In this document: positions 49,456 to 59,718 of the stretch, piece after piece
Numbering within the stretch: the first letter of the stretch is position 1
Layout of the letters: each line of letters starts with the position of its first letter
Assembly: GCA_950097015.1 (NCBI GenBank)
Contig: CATNEN010000037.1
Coordinates: forward strand, 682,001-746,000
DNA: 64,000 nt
DNA from: Macrostomum hystrix
Lineage: Eukaryota > Animalia > Platyhelminthes
Direction of reading: 5' to 3'
The notes under the pieces: model-generated
The model's input: only the letters and a program-made list of their open reading frames with translations
What the model was told of the DNA's origin: nothing
Databases searched by the model: none
Made by a program: the position numbers and the translations under genes

Positions 49456-51108
49456 TTTAATACTTCCCAAATGCAATTTCCATTAATTTCCAGATAATTC
49501 CCTTAAATTTAAATGCACACAAATATTCGCTTCTCCCAACTCCGAATTTGTTAAAAGGAAGTTGTGAAACAGCCTGCAATAATTTTATGAAAGTAAAAAT
49601 CGACCCTTGCAAAAACTCACGAAATTTCGGCGCAATTCAATTTTTTCATGTAGTGTAGGTCTGAATGTTTGGGTTGCTATGGGACAATAATACGTGCTGC
49701 ATTTAGTTCGAGTCTCTCTATTTGCATCTTTTCTATTGCTTTAACACTGTGGTTTGCAAGGCTTTGTCCGGTTTTGCTGCTGCCTGTTTGTTTCTGAGTT
49801 GGCCCTTCTCATTCGCACCTATTACTGTCTAGACTTAATGAATAGGGTAGTTTTTAAGCTGCGCCTGTCAATCTAAAATAAGCCAAAAATGGATTCAGCA
49901 TATAGGTCCAGATGAAACTGCATTATAATAAAGCATGCGTCACCCTATCCACTCAAAAGAGAAGACAGTGAACTCATACTCAGCCATTAAATAACTCATT
50001 TTAAATACCTCAGCAGACTAGATTAAATATACCAGGGCTATATTTTACTCTCAGCTTTGGTTAACGAATAAACGAAACTATAGAACTAGAAGAATATATA
50101 TGGGTAAATATTGTCCACAGCGTCATTGAGCGCACCGCCGTGCACAGTTCAGCAAACTGCAGGCTAGAGCGTCACAGCAACGATCTGTGTACGAACTAGG
50201 ACAGCAGAATGAGAGGACCCCATGCAGCGGGAGATAGTTCTTCGCGTGTAGTATTCTCCTTTAACACCCCATTCCACTCGAGGCTGCATTACCTGGAGTG
50301 GTGCGTATACCTGTCTGTGTCCTCAGCACACCAAAACTCATTCCAAGAAATTAATGGCGGTTCTAAAATCTAAAAATATTCTCACAGTTTGAAGAGGGAC
50401 GGCGTGTTGTTGCATGTTTGGTCACAAAAAATTCTTGAATAAAATTGAGCCAACAGTCTGCTTTTGATTGTTATAATTTTTATGGGACAATATTAACAAA
50501 ATAAATGACTATTTATTAGTTTTCAGTGCGCAAAAGCATGCTACGTGTTTCAGCATAGAAACAAGCTCATTACCTTGCCTATCACTCTATCTTGATGACG
50601 ATGACTCTGAGTGAATAAATGAATGCAAACGTGTCATGTTACTCAAAACATTTTATACAACACAATACAATAAAGTACTAATAGTTGCCATAATGCATAT
50701 GATTGAAGGCAACTCGTGCGGACAACAGCATCGCAACTGGTTGATTATGTACAAAACTTTTAGGGCATATATATCGCGCGCGTATTATTATAATTAGAAT
50801 TTTAGTAAGCAACTATGAAGTCAGCACGAAGGCGTGAAGAAAGCACAAGTAATCCTGTGACACTTGTAAAAATTGAAACAAATGCAGTGTGCCATACGAG
50901 CGTACGTTCACGGTGTACAACAGAAAAGTAAAATAGCTCGTAGAATCAGGAAAGTCACTATACAGCGCGCAGCGTGCAGCAAACTTTTGCAAGACATTTT
51001 TTTCCGAACAACTACTGAAGCTCGCGTATTTAAAAAATAAACAGCCATTTTGCGCAGACAGCTTTTTCACAAGTTATTACAAGCTACTATTACATAAATT
51101 TAACTGTA

Positions 51109-51777
51109 CGAGGGGTGCTCTGAAAGTTTCCGGATGCACTTGTGTTAGGGTTTAAATATTTTCTGAGTTTGTACCTTTATTTTTAGCCATAGACAGGTTC
51201 GCTGCATCGAATAGGATTTTTTATCGTACCCCCACCCAGGAACACGCAGCAGCAATGGAACTCTCTCGCGAGCATTTTAGAGCCATGATATTTTATGATT
51301 TCAAAATGGGTTTATCACCCCAAGAATCACTAAATCGGCTTCAAAGCTGTTTTCAAGACTCTGCACCATCGCGGACAACAATTTTTGACTGGTATGCGGA
51401 ATTCAGACGCGGTCGGCAGTACCTTCAAGATGAGCCCCGTTGTGGCAGGCCTGCAACAGCAGTTACCCAGAAAAACATTAATGAGGCAGAGCGGCTTATC
51501 CTGGAGGGTCCTCGAATCACCTACCGCCAGCTCGAGGCAAGCCTGGAGATTGGATCGGGGGCACTTAATGATATCCTGCACCAACACCTTCGAGTGCAAA
51601 AGAGGTGTGCCAGGTGTCCCCGTGGCTGCCTCACTGCTGACAAGAAGACTGCCAGGGTGGAGTGGTGCCGGTTCATGCTCACCAAATTCAATAGTGGACA
51701 CCAGCGGTCTGTTTTGACACTCTAACAGGTGATGAAACAGGGTTCTACAATTTCGACCCCGAGACAAAGCGTCAATC
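51109..51777 (+). mobile_element. Truncated, mutated mariner (Tc1/mariner) DNA transposon: left TIR plus N-terminal transposase
   Basis: TA|CGAGGGGTGCTCTGAAAGTTTCCGG is a mariner-type end. ORF 51255-51725 has the mariner HTH region (RAMIFYDFKMG..WYAEFRRG..DEPRCGRP), a decayed WVPREL (CPRGCL), and, after a frameshift, TGDETGFYNFDPETKRQS. No right TIR was seen. Confidence 0.9.
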
Positions 51778-54323
51778 GGGACTACGACATTTGACTGCTG
51801 CAATTTGACTTCCACCATTTGACTGCGGAGCATTTGACTGCGGAGCATTTGACTGCGGAGCATTTGACTGCGGACAATTTGACTGCCAGCCATTTGACTG
51901 CGGACAATTTGACTGCGGAGCATTTGACTGCGGGCAATTTGACTGCGGAGCATTTGACTGCGGGCAATTTGACTGCAGAGCATTTGACTGCGGACAATTT
52001 GACTGCGGAGCATTTGACTGCGGAGCATTTGACTGCGGAGCATTTGACTGCGGGCAATTTGACTGCGGAGCATTTGACTGCGGACAATTTGACTGCGGAG
52101 CATTTGACTGCGGACAATTTGACTGCGGAGCATTTGACTGCGGACAATTTGACTGCGGAGCATTTGACTGCGGGCAATTTGACTGCCGAGCATTTGACTG
52201 CGGACAATTTGACTGCCAGCCATTTGACTGCGGACCATTTGACTGCCAGCCATTTGACTGCCAGCCATTTGACTGCGGACCATTTGACTGCCAGCCATTT
52301 GACTGCCACAATTTGACTGCGGACCATTTGACTGCCACAATCTAATTCCCCAGTTCCAGAACCAGAATAAATGGTAAATTCGTTCATTATAACATTCTAT
52401 CTCCACGACCAGAAAGCTTCGCAATAGGTATATAATTATATTTCCGGATAAATAAGTATAAATTTGTCAGTGAAAAATTGTGCCTCAGCAACCAATTATG
52501 AGTATTTTACGGTTGCTCTCACACTTTGTTATAGTCATTTTTATCTAGGAAATTTCGAGCTCTGAGAGAAGGAAAATCCTCTGTTGACAATTGTTTGCAA
52601 TTGAAATTATCCTCACGGAGCCATGGGAATTTGCAATGGGTTTAAAGTGACCCTCGTTTCAACCGCTCTGCGACTAATTATAAACATCTAAACGAAATTA
52701 GCTTTTTATTGTGTTCAACATGTGCGCCTTTAGCAAGACATGTACCTGCAGATTAGCCAGTAGCCTTACTTTTTAGGGAGTGCGCTAAGAGCAAGAGGAC
52801 TAAAATTAAGTATGTATTGTAAGTAAGTATTGTATACATTTTTGCAATGATATATACAAATTTGCTTTATATTTGCAAATAAATAAATAACGCCCATCAG
52901 GAAAAATTTGCAATTGAATTTATCATATCTGCAACTGAGTTCGGCAACCCGTAGCTTTGAGTAACTGATCGGCTCTTATTGGCGGGGGTCTTACGGACAG
53001 GTGCAGGATACTGTCCTGGTTTCGGTAAGGGCTGGGTGAGAGCGTAGCAGCACAGTGACTGCCATGCCGATTAGAGTGTACACTCAAACCGATTGAGGCA
53101 AATGCGCTGGCTTGTAAGCCTGCTCCACTGAGCTGTCGGCTCTATGGCAGAATGGGGCACTGCTGTTTACACGCGAAGAGAACTTTTAAAAGCCATTAAA
53201 GCGATTTTTCTGCAATATTTTCTTTTTTTCTGAAGAAAAAAAATCTAAAAACTGCTGACATACACCAACCTTCAGTCAGTTTTTGCCAAATATCTCAATG
53301 GCCGAAGGGGCTGGAGACTTGGTCAAGAAAAATTGATCGGGATCATGCATGAGTGACGCTGAAATTATATAGATTCGTTGATATTCAGGGCGGCTAGTAT
53401 ACACTATACACAAATGTGCGAGCGTACAAGCAAAATCTATAAATCTATACATGTACTTGTCCGCATTCGAATGCAATTTTTCCACTATCAATTGAAGTGG
53501 CAGTCAATAAATGTGCAGCCAAAAGTGCGGAATTGTCCGCAGTCAAATGGCTGGCAGTCAAATGGCTGGCAGTCAAATTGTCCGCAGTCAAATGCTCCGC
53601 AGTCAAATTGTCCGCAGTCAAATTGTGGCAGTCAAATGGCTGGCAGTCAAATGGTCCGCAGTCAAATGGCTGGCAGTCAAATGGCTGGCAGTCAAATTGT
53701 CCGCAGTCAAATGCTCCGCAGCCAAATTGTCCGCAGTCAAATTGTGGCAGTCAAATGGCTGGCAGTCAAATGGTCCGCAGTCAAATGGCTGGCAGTCAAA
53801 TGGCTGGCAGTCAAATTGTCCGCAGTCAAATGCTCGGCAGTCAAATTGCCCGCAGTCAAATTGTGGCAGTCAAATGGCTGGCAGTCAAATGGTCCGCAGT
53901 CAAATGGCTGGCAGTCAAATGGCTGGCAGTCAAATTGTCCGCAGTCAAATGCTCGGCAGTCAAATTGCCCGCAGTCAAATTGTGGCAGTCAAATGGCTGG
54001 CAGTCAAATGGTCCGCAGTCAAATGGCTGGCAGTCAAATGGCTGGCAGTCAAATTGTCCGCAGTCAAATGCTCGGCAGTCAAATTGCCCGCAGTCAAATG
54101 CTCCGCAGTCAAATTGTCCGCAGTCAAATGCTCCGCAGTCAAATGGTGGAAGTCAAATGGCAGCAGTCAAATGGTGGAAGTCAAATGGCAGCAGTCAAAT
54201 GGTGGAAGTCAAATGGCAGCAGTCAAATGGTGGAAGTCAAATGGCAGCAGTCAAATGGTGGAAGTCAAATGGCAGCAGTCAAATGGTGGAAGTCAAATGG
54301 CAGCAGTCAAATGTCGGGCTCCC
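51778..54323. mobile_element. Foldback-like structure: inverted arms (51778-52341, 53531-54323) of 15-bp subrepeats ATTTGACTGCGGAGC around a 1.2-kb spacer
   Basis: Left end GGGACTACGACATTTGACTGCTGCAATTTGACTTCCACCATTTGACTGC matches the reverse complement of the right end GGGAGCCCGACATTTGACTGCTGCCATTTGACTTCCACCATTTGACTGC. No TSD or transposase was found. Confidence 0.65.
52925..53142 (-). mobile_element. Possible third tRNA-derived SINE inside the foldback spacer
   Basis: Minus strand begins GAGCCGACAGCTCAGTGG (A-box-like) and has GGTTTGAGT (B-box-like); only one copy is present in the window. Confidence 0.3.
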
Positions 54324-56244
54324 AAAACGGGCGGAAAAAATGGCTTGGTAGAGCTACTGTTAACTCTGTTAACTGTTGTGTATCAAACGACTGTGTCGAT
54401 AAGGAGCGCAGGTTGGCTTTTTTAGATCAGTTGTTCGTTCCGATTCCGACTCGTCGAAATCCCAACGTGATAAGGTGGAATCTTAAATCACCATAATCCC
54501 AATCCCAAATTGTGATTCCCGGTTTTGCTGCAATTCTTTTTCGCCGAACGTTGATTTGCAGTATTCCCGATACCCGATACACATCTTGTGACTTATGTTA
54601 TAACGCATGAGTCATGTTATCTCATGATTAGGGTATCTCCGTAGAAAGGAACTTGAAAAAACTTGAAGAAATGTTTAATATTTTTAGCAACTTCTTTTTG
54701 CAATCATCAATACACTTTTTCTTTCTGTGCTCGTCGGCTTGAGTGAGGCCCGGCTGTTGTTTCACTTTCAGGCAACTGGTTTGCTATGCCTCGCGATAGT
54801 GGGCTGCCATTCCTGCCAATGCCAAGCAAAAGCAAAGTACGCTAGTAGATTGCCAAGCATAAAGGCTCACATACTCCACTGTGCAAATGCAATCCAAGCG
54901 CCTGCGCATGCGCATGGTTTGAATGTGAGAGACTCGGTAGTCGGTAATGGTAAGTGGTTAGGTGTAACTCGTATAGGTTTTAAGTGGTTAGGTATAACTC
55001 GTATAGGTTTTACTCCCGTCCCGTGTCGCCGGATAGAAACTAGAGACCGAGACCACCTTACTGCCCTGCCCTGCCCTGGCTTGCGTTGCATCTGCAAAAT
55101 AGATCTACAGCTAGTCAGATAGACATTGAACCAATGTGAAGAGTATATAATGGACAGATGATAAACAGTAAGTAAATAGTCAAGATTCAAGAATCGTGGG
55201 CCAAAATGTACGCAACCCCAACTTGAATTTCTTCACGCTAAAGCTGAAACCAAACCAAAGAGCGCGCGTACACTCGCCCTCCCCACTCCGCTAAGCAGCC
55301 ACCCCCTGCGCTTGGCCAGGCTAAGGGGTCATGGGTGAGGGTAGCGCGTCACTCTTATTTTTCGTCCCCCGCCCTCTCTCAAGCTCTCATAAAACCCCCA
55401 AAACAGACCTTGAGGCTTGTTAAATTCAACCCCCCTTTTTTCTTATCCAAGCCTCGGCTTGATTCTTAATTGGGGGGAGGGTAAGAGAAACGGATGGCAA
55501 AGGAAGAGTCGCAGAGAGCGCGTGTAAATGTATCTTCAGTTCCTATTAGTCGTGACTCACTTTTAGCTTTGTGCACTGTACGAGTTTTTCCTTCCGTTCC
55601 CGCCGGGGGAGGGGGTAGGCTGGTGCCGCGGAAATTATTGACCCGCTCGCCACCCTCCTCCTCTGAACCCTCCCCACACAAGCACATAAAAATTGAAGGA
55701 AAGCGGGCGGGTCTCGAGGCGTTGAGGCCGCGGACTGCCTTGTTCTTATTTACCCACACGCCTCGGTGAGAGAGCCAGCCGAGTGAGCGATAGCACAAGC
55801 ACAAACTGGCAAAGGTAAGGCAGAACAGAAGGAATTCCTACGAAAGTTACGGAACTCAAATCCTTTTGTATAGTAATTTTTTTCTGACTCAAATAATTAA
55901 ATATCACTTGTCTGATTTATTAATTGGTTTGTGCGGGAGTACCCGTCTAGAGCATGCCGATTTGTTCATGACTAGATTGCTACTCCTCAACAACATCAGA
56001 CTGTTCGACGACTACCCAGTCCCGCCTAACCTGACCTTGCATGCATCCTAAACTATAGTCCTCGCGTTTAACCTCAATGTTTACTAACTACTACTGGCTG
56101 GAGCTGATTACTCCAGCTGATTACTCCTTTAAATACCCTCTGCCTACTTGAAGATAGCTCCGAAAGCAAATGACTGATTTTCATGAAATACTACGATCTG
56201 AATAGAGAAAACTCAGAATGAACATTTAAATTTTCTTAGAATTT

Positions 56245-56284
56245 TGCCAATGCATTTCGACCACAATCGGTCATCTTCAGGGCA
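56245..56284 (-). ncRNA. Minimal type I hammerhead ribozyme in the PLE pLTR
   Basis: TGCC-CTGAAGA-T-GACC-GATTGT-GGTC-GAAA-TGCA-TT-GGCA: core CUGANGA/GAAA, stem I TGCC/GGCA, stem II GACC/GGTC and a palindromic stem III ATGCAT. Confidence 0.8.
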
Positions 56285-57800
56285 GACACATCAATTAAAC
56301 ACACAGAACCAAGTTATATATATTTTTAAGAAATGAAAACTGTACAATACAAAGTGCGTATCGATTTCGGTCCAGTCCGGTTAACAAGAGAAAAAACAAA
56401 AACCAAATAAAGTTCAAAGACGCTTCTAACATAGCTAAAACACATTGAGTTGGCGGCTTGCACCCCCCATGGCCATGGCTAACTGACTGTTCAAATATGG
56501 TTTCTGAGCCTTAATGTACATAGCCTCGAGAATGTTCAATTTGTTTTCTTGGCTACAGGAATCAATCACATATCACAGCAGATCTTATTGCAACAGGAGT
56601 TACACGAGAGAATGTGCTCATTGATGGCAGAATTTCTAATCCAATGCTCCTTAACCCTTGTGTACAAGTGTCGCTTAGTTTTACCGATGTAGGAGATGTT
56701 CTGATCCACAGAACAATGAAATTTATACACGACACCTGCAACAAGTGGTCTAGGAACATAGGACTTCAACCTGCAGACAAACTGAGCAATCTTTTCCGTG
56801 CGGAACAAAACCCGGAGCTGGGAATCAATGTGACTTCTAAACAATTTTCCCACTTTCTTCCCAAACTCCATGGAGCAGAGGCCCAAAAAAGGAACCACAA
56901 TTACGGGACTACGATCATTATTGAGATTGAGATTATTGAGATTTTGACCAGAGAACTTCTTGCAGAGAAACCTATTAATGATGTTGGAAATATGGCCACG
57001 AGGGTATCCATTCATCATGAACAACCGAGTAAGCTGCTCCAGCTCATCATGAAAAAGCTTCCAGGAACTGCAAATCAGAAAAGCTCTTTTGAGAAAGCAC
57101 TGCACCAAACCGTCTTTCCATTGCCTAGGACAGAGGGCATCAAACCTTAGCATGAGACCAGTGAAGCTAGCTTTTCTAAACACGCTAGTTTGAATCAAGC
57201 CTTTGCTCACATCAACGTCAATGTCCAGAAAGGGAAGTCTTTTTTCTCCACCCTCAGAAGTAAACTTGATGTTCTTATGGGTAGCATTGAAAGTATTGAA
57301 GAACTCTTCCTTTTTGGCCTCATTGTCGAAAATGGCAAAAGTATCATCTACATAACGTTTGTAAAAATGTGGAGCACACGGGAGGGCCATCCACTCTTTT
57401 TCCCAGTAAGCCATGCAGAGATTGGCAAGAGTAGGAGCCAGAGGACTGCCCATAGCGCATCCATCAATCTGCCTGTAGTATTTGTCCCGGAACAGGAAAA
57501 TACCAGAGGTGGCGAACCCAAGCATCTTCTTGAAAGTGGTTTTAGGAAAGGATGGGTGATTAGAGCTTTTATAGACAAGGTCAGTAGCAAGGTCAATGAC
57601 AAACTGCATTGTTAGCCATGGGGTGCAAGCCGCGAACTCAATGTGTTTTAGCTATGTTAGAAGCGTCTTTGAACTTTATTTGGTTTTTGTTTTTCTCTTG
57701 TTAACCGGACTGGACCGAAATCGATTCGCACTTTGCAATGTACAGTTTTCATTTCTTAAAAATATATATAACTTGGTTCTGTGTGTTAAATTGATGTGTC

Positions 57801-57840
57801 TGCCCTGAAGATGACCGATTGTGGTCGAAATGCATTGGCA
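57801..57840 (+). ncRNA. Minimal type I hammerhead ribozyme in the inverted pLTR (identical copy)
   Basis: Same motif as 56245-56284. Confidence 0.8.
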
Positions 57841-59718
57841 AAATTCTAAGAAAATTTAAATGCTGATTCTGAGTTTTCTCTATTTAATTGTTGTCAAGCG
57901 AGCTACTCTACCTGAAACAATAACATTGCCCTGTATAAACCTCTATGGCAAATCCGTTTAGGTTAAAAAATGAAAAATACTATTTTATCAATCCAAAATA
58001 ATGAACAACGATAGCCGACATGGTTACATGATGAAATTTTGTGAGCAGAAAAATTAAGCCTTTTTGTTCGTTTTTGCCACCAGACACCCCGACGAGAATC
58101 GTTGAAATATCTCGCCGATGTAGATTTTTTTGTGATTCTAAAAGTTTTTTCGGTATGGATTTTCAAAGCGATTGGTTGAATATTTTAATAGATTGGTAGA
58201 AAAATATAAAAATATCGTAGTAGTCTTTCTAGTGTTAAGTCTATTAAAGTTAAATAAGTACAAATGGCAATGTAGTCATGTAAAGTCGTGATTGATAAAA
58301 TGGAGTGTCATTGTATGATGCTTTACTTCTAGTAAGATCTACTGAGCGATTATCACTTTGTGTCCTTAATTTAGAATTTTTTGCAATTTTTGCAATTTTT
58401 TGATTTGGCTGACTGGACTGCTTCAAGCCCTTCGCTGTGAGCGCTCGAGCTAAACGCATTTGCGTCTGTGTTTTGCTTCATTGTGCACATGCAACGTGTC
58501 TGGAGTTTTATTATGTTCTTGGCTGGAGTTCCGCCTGCGTTAAAAAACCAAGGACCACTAGAAGAAGAAGAAGAAGAAGAAGGACGACTATAAAACATCC
58601 ATTCCAGGGCCTTTGTACAAATAACTGTCTATGTACAAATGCTCTTAGAAAAATTTATGCTTCAAGTTATAAATAAATAAATTTGCATTTCATACAATAA
58701 AATTCGCAGGTATACGAGCGTAGATATAACTTCACCCATGCAAATACGGTGGCACTTTTCGTATTTATATATAGCTCGAATAATTAGAGGGACGGCTCAA
58801 AGGGAGAAATTTTAGTCTCGCATATAGTAGCCTCGCGGTTCAGATCAGCTAAAGCAAAAACAAGCTAACGTCTGCAGATGGACATGTTCATCGTGAATCA
58901 GAGTAATGACCTTTGATGCGAGCTATTCGACGTAAGGTTCATTGGTCTGAATTCAGACTATCGATGAGCATAAGTTTGACTATCTGTGTTAGAGTTATTG
59001 CCAGAAGGACTATCGATTTCCTACAGATTTACTGTGCTGTAGAATAATAAACTTATAGGACAAAAAATGACAAAGCGAGCTCCAGCCGGGCATCATATTG
59101 TCAAGTAAGGGAAAACTGAAGTGAGACTGAACTGAAGTGAGAAGTGAGACTGAAGTGAGTGAAGTGAGTGAAGTGAGAAGTGAGAATAAAAAGACTTTAC
59201 TGTACGTTTTACCAGGTTGGACGTGGTACCTGGGAACTCCAGGTCTGACTTGTCACGTTTGAATCAAGCTATAAATATAATTTTTTCAAAACTATACAGG
59301 TAGAAATAAAAAACATAAAAGAATCGCGGCAATAAGCCTTAAACCCACAGTTACCCTGTAATAGCTGTGCTTAAACCCTCTCTGAAGCTTACGGTTCACT
59401 GTGTAACTGTATATATAAAAAAGTCATACTTAATAAATTATAGTACAAGAAATAAAATAAAAATATCGAATATATAAAATGAAAATCATTTTAGCTCTAT
59501 GAAGCTGGTTGAAGTAATAATTCTTTGTTTTTCCTTCCCTACGTCGCTGTTCCGGCAATATGAAATGGTCCGATTAAATGCAAACTTTTTCTCATTTTTG
59601 TTGCACTGTTGCAGTTCTGTTAGTAAATCTGCTGAATCGAACTTTCAGTCGTTTGGATTCATTAATTGTATATTTAATGATTGTGGCTTAAATCTTCATC
59701 GTCATCGAAGCTTAGTTA

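Larger units (their letters stand above)
56201..57884 (-). mobile_element. 5'-truncated Penelope-like retroelement (RT + GIY-YIG) with inverted pLTRs at 56201-56483 and 57611-57884
   Basis: ORF 57609-56566 has YRQIDGCAMGSPLAP, RYVDDTF, LPFLDI, FRK..TG, NGYP and GVVYKFHC..YIGKTKRHLYTRVKEH. It continues after a frameshift (LNILEAMYIKAQKPYLNSQ...LNVF*, stop 56437-56435). The two approximately 275-bp ends are near-exact inverted copies. Confidence 0.95.

Noticed and set aside
53378-54496. Long ORFs (284-372 aa; also 51330-52424 and 51772-52387) with SQM/QSN/AVK repeats
   Set aside because: These are translations of the 15-bp minisatellite, open in several frames on both strands; they have no coding signature.
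56614-57615. Plus-strand ORFs 56614-57150 and 57190-57615
   Set aside because: Antisense shadows of the Penelope RT.
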